The notes beneath the pieces were generated by a model that made no database searches, was not told where the DNA came from, and saw only the letters and a list, made by a program, of their open reading frames with translations. From assembly GCA_963665275.2 (NCBI GenBank), contig CAXXIN010000003.1:176508-240507 (forward strand): 64,000 nucleotides of DNA, given 5' to 3'. This DNA comes from Negativicutes bacterium. Lineage in GTDB: Bacteria > Bacillota > Negativicutes > UBA1444. Positions 49,797 to 58,071 of the stretch are shown piece after piece. The position numbers and the translations under genes are program-made. The stretch's first letter is position 1, and each line of letters starts with the position of its first letter.

Positions 49797-50881
49797 AAGG
49801 AAGCACCGCCCAATTTTACTTTTTGCCCTGCTTTGAGCTTGTGGACGCCGGCGGTTACAACGCAATCCCCTGGTTTGAGGCCGCTGAGCGCTTCAATCGT
49901 ACCGTTGCCGAATTTACCGGTTGTGATCGGCTGCAACGCAAGCACATTGTCGTTGACGATCCACACCGCAGGGGTCTTTCCATCTTGGTATACAGCAGCC
50001 AGCGGAATAGTCACTGTCGGTTGCGCAGAGTGGGCCGCAACTTGAATGGAAGCTGTCATTCCGAGTTTTATTGCCGGCGGCGGATTGTTTAGACTGATCC
50101 GCACTTTAAAAGTACGAGTGATCGGGTCGGCCATGGGGGAAATTTCTCTGATTCCGCCGTCTACAGTTACTGCGGGCAACGCCCAAAAAGAGGCTTTAAT
50201 TTGTCCGGCACTGCGCAGTTCTTCTATTCGGCTCTCCGGAATACTGATCTCCACCTCGCGCTCGCCGTCCTGCACTATGGTAACAACAGCTTGGCCCGCA
50301 CTGACCACTTGTCCCGCTTCGGCGGCGAGGCTGGATACGACACCAGGCTTATCGGCCCGCAGGAGACTATAATCCAGCTGGTTGGCGCCTTGCGCATATT
50401 GGGATGAAGCCTGCCGTACCCCGGCAACGGCTACATTATAAGCGTTGACATATTGGTCATACATTGACTGGCTAATGGCGCCCTGGTCCAATAGTTTCCG
50501 ATAGCGTTCAAGATTGCTCTTGGCCAGACTTAGTTGCGATTCGGCGGACGCGACTTGGGCCGAGTTGCTGTTCACCGTTTGCTGAATATCTTTGGCATCG
50601 ATTTGCATTAATACATCTCCGGCATTGACGATACTGCCCAGTTCTACGTTTCGCTTACTGATCTTTCCACTGACTTGAAACGCCAGTTGACTTTCATACC
50701 GACCGCGGACTTCACCGGCGTAGGTGTATCCTTGCGAACCGGCCGCCGCCTGAATGGTAACGGTGCGCACCGTAACAACATCTTCTTCCATAACCTTAGT
50801 TTTAGTATTCGCATACAGGAAAACACCCACAATGATGCACAATCCTACTACCGCCGCCAATCCATAATGTAATCGTTTCAT
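49793..50881 (-). CDS. RND periplasmic adaptor (MFP)
   Basis: GEVRGRYESQLAFQVSGKI, LRADKPGVV, ADPITRTF, VTAGVHKL. Confidence 0.93.
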   Translation of the reverse strand: MKRLHYGLAAVVGLCIIVGVFLYANTKTKVMEEDVVTVRTVTIQAAAGSQGYTYAGEVRGRYESQLAFQVSGKISKRNVELGSIVNAGDVLMQIDAKDIQQTVNSNSAQVASAESQLSLAKSNLERYRKLLDQGAISQSMYDQYVNAYNVAVAGVRQASSQYAQGANQLDYSLLRADKPGVVSSLAAEAGQVVSAGQAVVTIVQDGEREVEISIPESRIEELRSAGQIKASFWALPAVTVDGGIREISPMADPITRTFKVRISLNNPPPAIKLGMTASIQVAAHSAQPTVTIPLAAVYQDGKTPAVWIVNDNVLALQPITTGKFGNGTIEALSGLKPGDCVVTAGVHKLKAGQKVKLGGASL

Positions 50882-50897
50882 GATTTCTCTCCTTTTA

Positions 50898-50916
50898 AAT
50901 TGAATTACGTTCAATT
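50898..50916. promoter_or_regulatory. Putative TetR operator AATTGAA-N5-TTCAATT upstream of the MFP gene
   Basis: Same TTGAA-N5-TTCAA core as at 51616-51640. Confidence 0.65.
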
Positions 50917-50983
50917 AATTAGTTTTAAAAAACCGCTCATCCAAACCCGGTTGGAAGGGCGGGATTTTTTTGCAATAGTCCCT

Positions 50984-51601
50984 TTAACTCACTAGGATAT
51001 GAATCGTCTTTTCTTGTGCGCCCAGCGCTTTTTCAATCAGTGCTTCCGCCATCCTTAAACGAAAAGACAAAATATCGTCAGTGGTTTTGTGATAAAGCGC
51101 TTCACTTAAAAAATCCACAATAACCAGGATATAATCCACGGCGGTCGGAGGATGATCTACGCAAAAACCCTGATTGCCTATTCCTTCTTTTATAATCTCC
51201 AGCAACCAGGGAGAGAGCGCCAATTCGAGCTGATGAAACAATTTTTCCTTGAGCTGCAAATTCTGGGCATCGTATAGCATGCTGAGCAGCAACCCATCTT
51301 TATAGCTGGCCTTATGAAGCGCAGCTGATACGGTTAAGGCTATTTTTTCCGCCGGAGAATTGGTAAGACAAATTATATTCTTGATTTCTAAAATCAAGGA
51401 AGAAACGTGCCGATCCAACAGCATTTCCAGTACATCTCCTTTTGATTTGAAGTAATAATACAGCATTCCCTGCGCGACGCCCATTTTTTGAGCGATGTCA
51501 CTGATAGTTGTTGCATGGTACCCTTTGGTGAAAAACAGTTGATCGGCGGCATCTAAGATTTCGTTGATTCGAGCTTGGGGATCTTGCTGCGGTCTGGCCA
51601 T
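50984..51601 (-). CDS. TetR/AcrR family regulator
   Basis: ILDAADQLFFTKGYHATTISDIA...GMLYYYFKSK. Confidence 0.94.
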   Translation of the reverse strand: MARPQQDPQARINEILDAADQLFFTKGYHATTISDIAQKMGVAQGMLYYYFKSKGDVLEMLLDRHVSSLILEIKNIICLTNSPAEKIALTVSAALHKASYKDGLLLSMLYDAQNLQLKEKLFHQLELALSPWLLEIIKEGIGNQGFCVDHPPTAVDYILVIVDFLSEALYHKTTDDILSFRLRMAEALIEKALGAQEKTIHILVS

Positions 51602-51615
51602 CTCTACACCCCTCA

Positions 51616-51640
51616 ATAATTTGAATCATGTTCAAATTAT
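51616..51640. promoter_or_regulatory. Putative TetR autoregulatory operator ATAATTTGAA-N5-TTCAAATTAT
   Basis: Perfect 10-bp arms immediately upstream of the tetR RBS. Confidence 0.7.
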
Positions 51641-51831
51641 AATTCCTGTGATGAACTTCTGTCAAGACAAAAAATTACTCGGTCCGGCCGCTAAGTTATG
51701 GGCGCTAGCGCAAACAATTAGATAACGTATTCTAAAGTTGTGCACATTTGGAAAAGAGTTGTCACGGATGGGTCAACCCGTGTATGTTGAAGGTGCTAGC
51801 CAAAACAACAACACGAAGGAGATGAACATCC

Positions 51832-52079
51832 GTGACTGACACCATTATAACTCTCAATGAACAAACCTTGAAGAACCAACTGGGAGAACTTGTCCGAACC
51901 AGCGTGGAAGAAACGCCGAACAAGATGCTCGACGCCGAAGCCGATCAGCTCACCAATGCCGCCCGGTACGAGAGAAACGCAGAGAGAAAAGACACCCGCG
52001 CCGGCCATTAGTAACCTTGGACGTTCCCAAACTTCGCCAGCTCCCATTTGAAACCGCCATTATCGAACGCTACAAACGT
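51832..52079 (+). mobile_element. IS256-family transposase 5' remnant
   Basis: Hand translation: VTDTIITLNEQTLKNQLGELVRTSVEETPNKMLDAEADQLTNAARYERNAERKDTRAGH* then, after a deletion/shift, VTLDVPKLRQLPFETAIIERYKR, matching the IS256 N-terminus; AAGGAG RBS upstream. Confidence 0.85.
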
Positions 52080-52168
52080 ATTTCACCATCCCGCATTGAT
52101 CCCAGACGCTTCTTCAAGGTATTATTGAGGTAAATGTCGCGAATCAAGCAATACGGAGGAGTAGTTAT

Positions 52169-53275
52169 TTGAATCGAAAAGAGTTTCTCTGGAAGATGGC
52201 CGCTTCAGCCCTGATAGCCGGCGGTGCACTGACCGGCTATAGTTACATACAGCTGGGACCGGTCAACGAGCTGCGTAGAAAAAAAGATTTCGATACGATT
52301 GCGGGGCTAAGCAGCGACCAAAGCCGAATTATCGAACTGGCTTCCCTGGCGCCAAGCGGTCACAATACCCAGCCCTGGAGCCTCAAGATCAACCAACCCG
52401 ATGATTGGACGGTAACGCTCGCGCCGGACCGTCTCCTGCCTGTTGTCGATCCGAACCATCGTGAAAGTTGGTTGTCGATCGGCGCTTTCTTGGAAAATTT
52501 GGCTCTGGCCGCGAATGATTTTGGCTATGACGCCGAAATGAATCCCTCCAGCGCCTCTGCTACAGTGGACGTTATCCTGAAAAGCACGACCCAAAAACCT
52601 TTTCCCCTTGAAAAAATCGAGCAACGACGCACGTTAAAAAAGAATTTTCTTTCCCGCGCCCTATCCCAAAACGACTTGTCTCATTTACTGGGCAAACAGG
52701 CAACAGGGTGCGAATATTTTCCCATGGAATCGACCACAGGAAAATTTTTGAGTGAAATAACTCTTGAAGCAAACCGGTTGCAGGTTCAGCGCGATGATGC
52801 GCAAGGCGAACTGGCGGACTGGATACGTTGGACTCGCCAGGATGCTGCGCAACACCAAAATGGATTGACGCCCGCAGGAATGGAAATGCCAGACTGGCTA
52901 CGCTGGTATGCCCAATATTTTATTAGCCGAGAAGACGTTCTGGACGCAAGTTTTCGTGAGCAAACCGTAAAAATGGCGGAACAGCAGGTTCGACAAGGAG
53001 CCGGTTGGTTGATTGTTTTCGCTTCCGGCTCGACAATCGCCGATCTCGTTGCAACGGGCCGGGCTCTGCAGTCGATCTGGCTGCGTGCCAAGGAAAACAA
53101 TATCGCTATCCACCCCATGACCCAGGCCTTGGAAGAGGCAATGCCACGCAGAACGCTGGCCGATTCGCTCGGACGTTCAGCCCCGATACAGTTTATTCTT
53201 CGGCTTGGTTATGTTTCAGAGTATTTGCCGCCCGTTAGCCCTCGCATGCCTTTATCCAGAATCTTGCACTCATGA
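52169..53275 (+). CDS. Acg-family FMN-binding nitroreductase-like protein
   Basis: LAPSGHNTQPW, VDPNHRE..LSIGAFLENL, TGRALQSIWL, ILRLGY; Tat-like N-terminus. Confidence 0.85.
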   Translation: MNRKEFLWKMAASALIAGGALTGYSYIQLGPVNELRRKKDFDTIAGLSSDQSRIIELASLAPSGHNTQPWSLKINQPDDWTVTLAPDRLLPVVDPNHRESWLSIGAFLENLALAANDFGYDAEMNPSSASATVDVILKSTTQKPFPLEKIEQRRTLKKNFLSRALSQNDLSHLLGKQATGCEYFPMESTTGKFLSEITLEANRLQVQRDDAQGELADWIRWTRQDAAQHQNGLTPAGMEMPDWLRWYAQYFISREDVLDASFREQTVKMAEQQVRQGAGWLIVFASGSTIADLVATGRALQSIWLRAKENNIAIHPMTQALEEAMPRRTLADSLGRSAPIQFILRLGYVSEYLPPVSPRMPLSRILHS

Positions 53276-53341
53276 GCGGGAATACTCCTTGGGAGTCCCT
53301 GTCCGAGTCGGCAGCTACAAGGACCAACGCATCGTCAACCG

Positions 53342-53491
53342 GGAGATTGTCGGTAACTTTGGTAACTTGGTAACTATCCAGTGGATAAAAAAATCCTCCT
53401 GCGTCGCCACAGAAGGAATCAATCCATTTATCTTTTAATGAAACAACGGCGATTCGACCAGCGCCAGCTCTTCCCAGCACATCACATTCCC
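53342..53491 (-). repeat. Diverged copy of primase 3' end + terminator + iterons (copy of 63052-63210)
   Basis: GGAGATTGTCGGTAACT...TATCCAGTGGATAAAAAAATCCTCCTGCG...CAGCGCCAGCTCTTCCCAGCACATCACATTCCC shared; encodes GNVMCWEELALVESPLFH* versus GNVMCWEELALDEPLLIH*. Confidence 0.92.
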
Positions 53492-53535
53492 AGTGACGTG
53501 TTTGAGTGGTACTCACATGTGAAGGCTGATATTTA

Positions 53536-53688
53536 CTACTCCGACGCCATAATCTTACTAGCTGTTGCCGTAGCATCACCCGGAACAATAAGTTGGGATG
53601 GAACATACAACAAGCCAATGGGGGCGGTTATCGCCATTAGTAGATACCAGAATCCTGCAATTCTTGCGGTCTTTTTGTTTGAATTCAT
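53536..53688 (-). pseudogene. Truncated DUF4386-like membrane protein (N-terminal 50 aa only)
   Basis: Hand translation MNSNKKTARIAGFWYLLMAITAPIGLLYVPSQLIVPGDATATASKIMASE*; abuts the primase remnant. Confidence 0.65.
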
Positions 53689-53857
53689 TTTTCCTGCTTT
53701 CTATACTTAAAAATCCGATTATGGAACTCTTTACTTTTAATATATCTTACTATGGAAAAGTATAACACATACTACGATAATAACTTTAAAATACCCTAAT
53801 CTGACGGTTCTGGCATTCATCCGCCGACGTCAGGTTAGGGTTTGCTTCGCTAAAGAT

Positions 53858-56059
53858 TTAGAACTTCCAGGCAACTTCTACACTGCCTGCTACTCCCGTG
53901 CATTTTCCGGCAAAACCCTGAAGGCTAAGATTGAGGAAGGGGGCTTTGGCATTTTGCGGCTCGATAGTCATTCCCAACTCCCCGATGACAGAACTCCCTT
54001 TTAGGCTTGGCGCATCAATGTCATGTCCCAAGGTACTGGCGTTTGCATCACCGCCGAACTCGTACTGATAGGCCAGTCCTGTCCGCACGGTGGTACGTTC
54101 ATTGATTTTATGCGAAAGTTTCATGCCTACCTGCCATCTGTAGGAGTTGACGGCGGCAAAATCTACGTCGGCGCCCGCCACTGTTGCGGTGGCCGCGTTT
54201 TGATGTGACCAGAGAAACCTTGTATAGGTATCAAGACTCAGGTTCTGACCGACTGATTTTTCTTTGCCTATGCCGATGTGCATCCCGTAGTAGGGCGCGC
54301 TGACGCTAAAGTCCGTGTTTTGTCCGGAGGCGGCGCTAAGATCGCCGCTGCGGAAGTTAGTACTAGCCGACCCAGCCCGAGCGGAACCCTCGATGTATCG
54401 TCCGTCGTTATTTTGTCGGCGCGCTAAGAATCCTACACCACCATAATTGGTTTCGCCGCTTGCATTGATGGATGCCGCTGTGGCGAAGCTGTTGTAGCTG
54501 CTGAAGTTGCCCCGGCCTGCTTCGAGAAAGAACCCGTTCGCCGCGGCTCCATTCGCTGCCGCGTTTTTCTTCCCCACACCGACAAGAAACGAAAAGCCGT
54601 TCATATCGACATGCGAGCCTGTTTGGAAGCGGACGGCGCTTCCGTTCATAGCGGAAAAAGCGGTGGGGGTATTATTCGCGGTTACTGAATTGGCGATGTT
54701 TGTCATTGCCTGGCCCGATACGAGGTCTTGTCCCTTATTGACGGCAATTATGCCCGTTATACGTCCTTCCGACACAGCTTTGGCTTGGGGAGATGCCTGC
54801 TCCCCTGCAAATTGGACCTGCAGTGCGGCGGTATTTGATGTTACATAGTTAAACTTATATTGCAACAAGCTTCGGCTATAAACGTTGCCGAATAAAGCTA
54901 GCGGCGCATTTTGTGTTTTGCTGATAAGGGTAATGGTGTCCCCCGGGTGTAGCGGCGCTCCGCCTGGTGTTATCCCGGTGATGGCCACCGAAGCGCCCGT
55001 CAGATTGACAGGCGTAGAGTCGGTAATAGCGAGTATCGTCGAGCCGTTCGCAACCGAGGCGGGGAGATAAAAGTTGTAGTATTGGAAGTTGTTGATGCCG
55101 CCGACAGAGCCTTGATATCCCGTGATATTGAGGGTATTGCCGATGCTGCCTGACAAATTACTGCCCCACAGTACGGCGCTGGTCAGGTTCGGACTACCAA
55201 AGATATTGACGGTGTTGCTGTCGGCAGTGCCGAATGAGCTGTACCCGCCGTATATATAACCTTGAACTGTGCCGCCGCTGATGGTCACGGTGTTGTTATT
55301 GGCAGAGCCGAATGAGCTGCACCCGCCGAATATATTATGTTGAACTGTCCCACCGCTGATAGCGACGGCATTGCTATTGGCAGCGCCGCTGCTGCTGTAC
55401 CCGCCGTATATACTATATAGAACTGTGCCGCCGCTGATGGTGACGGTGTTGCTGTTGGCAGAGCCGCTATAGCTGTTCCCGCCGTATATATAACCAGAAC
55501 CTGTGGTGCCGCTCACGTTGACGGCGTTGTTATTGGCAGTGCCGCTATAGCTGTACCCGCCATATATATCACCTTGAACTGCGCCGCCGCTGATGGTGAC
55601 GGTGTTGTTATTGACAGCGCCTCTGTTGCTGTACCCGCCGAATATATGCCTTTGAACTGTGCCGTTTATCATGTTGACGGCGTTGTCAGTGACAGTGTCA
55701 CTATTGCTGTATCCACCATATACCCAGTTCGGATTTTTCGTATCATCGCTGCTTGTGTAATTTATCGTGATGTTGTTAAATATGGGATTGGAAGAGTCAA
55801 TCGGCGCCAGTGAGTTGGGATTACCGTCGATAGTTCGCAGATGCGGGTCGGTCGGGTTTCCGATATACGTGAAGGTCTCACCGGCGGCGGCCAGACCAGG
55901 GCTGATAGCCAAACTGATGATAAGACCGGCGGCAAAGACGCCTTTTTTACAGCGAAACAACGCTACGTCATAAGTTCTGAGGTTTTTCCACCATGTCTTT
56001 TGTATGACTGCCCGATATTTCGCAATCAGCATGGAGATTGCACGGCGCGAATGTTTCAA
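53858..56059 (-). CDS. Autotransporter (type Va) with extended signal peptide and 26-aa Gly/Asn/Ser repeats
   Basis: N-terminal LIAKYRAVI extension, repeated IYGGYS..G.ANNNTVTISGGTV, beta-barrel with TGSHVD, APSLKG and terminal WKF. Confidence 0.88.
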   Translation of the reverse strand: MKHSRRAISMLIAKYRAVIQKTWWKNLRTYDVALFRCKKGVFAAGLIISLAISPGLAAAGETFTYIGNPTDPHLRTIDGNPNSLAPIDSSNPIFNNITINYTSSDDTKNPNWVYGGYSNSDTVTDNAVNMINGTVQRHIFGGYSNRGAVNNNTVTISGGAVQGDIYGGYSYSGTANNNAVNVSGTTGSGYIYGGNSYSGSANSNTVTISGGTVLYSIYGGYSSSGAANSNAVAISGGTVQHNIFGGCSSFGSANNNTVTISGGTVQGYIYGGYSSFGTADSNTVNIFGSPNLTSAVLWGSNLSGSIGNTLNITGYQGSVGGINNFQYYNFYLPASVANGSTILAITDSTPVNLTGASVAITGITPGGAPLHPGDTITLISKTQNAPLALFGNVYSRSLLQYKFNYVTSNTAALQVQFAGEQASPQAKAVSEGRITGIIAVNKGQDLVSGQAMTNIANSVTANNTPTAFSAMNGSAVRFQTGSHVDMNGFSFLVGVGKKNAAANGAAANGFFLEAGRGNFSSYNSFATAASINASGETNYGGVGFLARRQNNDGRYIEGSARAGSASTNFRSGDLSAASGQNTDFSVSAPYYGMHIGIGKEKSVGQNLSLDTYTRFLWSHQNAATATVAGADVDFAAVNSYRWQVGMKLSHKINERTTVRTGLAYQYEFGGDANASTLGHDIDAPSLKGSSVIGELGMTIEPQNAKAPFLNLSLQGFAGKCTGVAGSVEVAWKF
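55200..55725 (-). repeat. About 7 tandem 78-bp coding repeats in the autotransporter passenger
   Basis: Recurring GCTGTACCCGCCGTATAT...GAACTGTGCCGCCGCTGATGGTGACGGTGTTG units. Confidence 0.85.
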
Positions 56060-56295
56060 TACGAAGTACCCCCTTGAGAATTTTATCTTGTGTTTTCTTC
56101 TTTTATCCTCGGCAAAGCTTCATCACCCATGTGAAAACTGTAACAATTTCTTATAATTCTCTTTGTTTTATCCATTTTCCTCCCGCTGACAATTTTTTCA
56201 TCAGCATTCCAGATGGGCTCCCGTCGCATCGCCATTGTAAACGCTCTGATTGACTTGGGGTTCTGACTGTAGGGGTTACTAAAAATAACCCACCG

Positions 56296-56344
56296 TAAAA
56301 AATCCTCCTGCGTCGCCACAGAAGGAATCAAGTCATCGATTTTT
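56296..56344 (-). terminator. Intrinsic terminator; third copy of the primase-associated terminator, containing the PIN gene stop codon
   Basis: Minus strand TCCTTCTGTG-GCGA-CGCAGGAGGA-TTTTTT; near-identical to 63105-63154 and 53386-53422. Confidence 0.85.
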
Positions 56345-56848
56345 GTGCCATTTCTCAATCAATTCCGTCGTTCTACTCATCACGACTTCCGGTCGGCCTC
56401 TGCCCAGATGGGGCAAGCATTCATGCGCCAATCCCAGGTCTATCGCTTTTGCGACAACCAATTCATCCAGGAGATCCAATCCGTCCTTACACGCAACACC
56501 CTGTCTTTTTGCCTCTCGAAACAATGCAGAATCATGAACACCGAGAAAAACCACGCGTTTTTTCCGGGAAAGTTTTTTTGCTAAAATGATATTACTGCAA
56601 TCAGCAGCTGAAAGTCCCTTGCATGTTGCTTGCAACATGGCAATTTCATCGATTTCTTCCTCGGAAAAAACCGTAGGACTAAGCCCAAGAGTTTCTAGCT
56701 CGGCAGGGTCCGGATAAATTACCTCATGCCAGACGAAATCAGCCATCTCCATTTGATAGGGCAATCGTTTTATCTTATCTAACACATCAGCCTTGTAGAG
56801 GTCAATCAGAATGCTCGCGTCCACCACCAAAACAGTTTTTGAGGGCAT
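56333..56848 (-). CDS. PIN-domain protein (putative RNase toxin)
   Basis: VLVVDASILIDL, VWHEV, LSAAD, HDSALFREA acidic tetrad; 1 nt after the upstream gene. Confidence 0.8.
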   Translation of the reverse strand: MPSKTVLVVDASILIDLYKADVLDKIKRLPYQMEMADFVWHEVIYPDPAELETLGLSPTVFSEEEIDEIAMLQATCKGLSAADCSNIILAKKLSRKKRVVFLGVHDSALFREAKRQGVACKDGLDLLDELVVAKAIDLGLAHECLPHLGRGRPEVVMSRTTELIEKWHKNR

Positions 56849-56849
56849 T

Positions 56850-57905
56850 TTAAATTACCTCGCAAAGGTCTTCGCTCGGCTCATATCCTAGAAGTTCTCT
56901 GGCTCGCGAACAAGAAATCAGCTCTTCCGCTATCAGTCTCCCCACCATCCGCTCCATTCTTTGCGGCTTCTCCGGCAGGCATTCGATGTTCAGTTCATCC
57001 GGCTCTATTATGTGCCAACCTTCTTGCCGAAACTTGCGAAAAACCTGCTGGGCGAACGACTCGGTAATAATACCTAAATCTTTGGAGCGATAAACAAGCG
57101 CGTTCATGCTCATCCCATACTTTTTTTTCAGACTGATGAGTTCTTTTATACTAAATCCCGTTCGGTTGACACCAATCTCGTCAAACATATTTTCTTGAGT
57201 CACCAATAGTGCGCCGGCAAATCTGTTGGCAACCTTTTCTTCATCCAGCGTATCGGGAATAAATTGGCTAAAAAGAATATGCCCCAGTTCATGCGCTAAA
57301 GTGAACCTGCTCCGCGCCAAAGAGAATTTGTTATTAGAAACAATGACAAACCCACCATCCGGCTCTCTGAAGCTAACCGCGTCAAAACTTCGGTCGGCTT
57401 CAAAGAAGATCACCTTGACCCCAATATCCTCAAGCAGCCCAACCATGTTTTCAATCGCATCCCTGCCAATGCCGACATTCTCCCGGAATTCTTGCGCCCA
57501 GATTTCAGCATCTTCAACTTTTCCCAGGGACAGATGCCTCATCTTTTCAACGCATTCAACTATTTTTTGTTTCTTTGCCTTTAATTCAAAGAAGCCCTCA
57601 ATTTGCCGATACCGGTCAACCCAATCTTGCGCTCTCGCGTCGATTGCCTCTTCTTCAGACTTCAGCAACCTGCTTTTCTTGCGATAGGCAAGTTTAGTCA
57701 ATTCAACCGTGTTGGGCGAAAAAAAGAAACTGACCGGAAAAGCCAACACCTTTGACAATTTAATCAGCATCGTCGAATTAGGCGCTACTTGGTTATTTTC
57801 GTATTTAGAAACAGCCATAGCCGAAATGTCCAAAGCTTTAGCAACATCATTCAATGTCATTTGTCTAGCTTTACGGGCGGTTAAGAGCTTTTCTCCGATT
57901 TTCAC
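56850..57905 (-). CDS. Xre HTH + ImmA/IrrE (COG2856) zinc metallopeptidase
   Basis: N-terminal HTH (AVSKYENNQ..P), RFTLAHELGH HExxH, EKVANRFAGALL. Confidence 0.92.
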   Translation of the reverse strand: MKIGEKLLTARKARQMTLNDVAKALDISAMAVSKYENNQVAPNSTMLIKLSKVLAFPVSFFFSPNTVELTKLAYRKKSRLLKSEEEAIDARAQDWVDRYRQIEGFFELKAKKQKIVECVEKMRHLSLGKVEDAEIWAQEFRENVGIGRDAIENMVGLLEDIGVKVIFFEADRSFDAVSFREPDGGFVIVSNNKFSLARSRFTLAHELGHILFSQFIPDTLDEEKVANRFAGALLVTQENMFDEIGVNRTGFSIKELISLKKKYGMSMNALVYRSKDLGIITESFAQQVFRKFRQEGWHIIEPDELNIECLPEKPQRMERMVGRLIAEELISCSRARELLGYEPSEDLCEVI

Positions 57906-57992
57906 GCAGCTCTCCTCCTTTTTTCTTAATTATAACTCTGTAGTTTATAAACTTCAATATTGTTATAAATTAAACCATTTTGCTGCACATAT

Positions 57993-58018
57993 AAAAACCG
58001 AGGCAATCGACCTCGGCT
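57993..58018 (-). terminator. Intrinsic terminator downstream of the NACHT gene
   Basis: Minus strand CCGAGG-TCGATTG-CCTCGG-TTTTT. Confidence 0.7.
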
Positions 58019-58071
58019 CTTGTGTCATTTAACATGTATCAATTGGCACTTTTATAGTAAATATGCATATT

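Noticed and set aside
145-50407. Numerous plus-strand ORFs antisense to the minus-strand genes (e.g. 21637-22464, 23524-24399, 38893-39570)
   Set aside because: Shadow ORFs with no recognisable motifs or RBS, lying opposite well-supported genes
51796-52047. 83-aa minus-strand ORF
   Set aside because: It is the antisense of the IS256 transposase remnant
53276-53341. Short coding-like stretch (GVPVRVGSYKDQRIVNR) next to the repeat boundary
   Set aside because: Too short to assign to any family without a search
55200-55725. Autotransporter repeats as a DGR template/variable pair or CRISPR
   Set aside because: They are in-frame coding repeats, differences are not confined to adenines, and no reverse transcriptase is present
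56083-56358. 91-aa ORF between PIN and the autotransporter as a third TA component
   Set aside because: It reads through the terminator hairpin and promoter-like AT-rich DNA and has no recognisable domain
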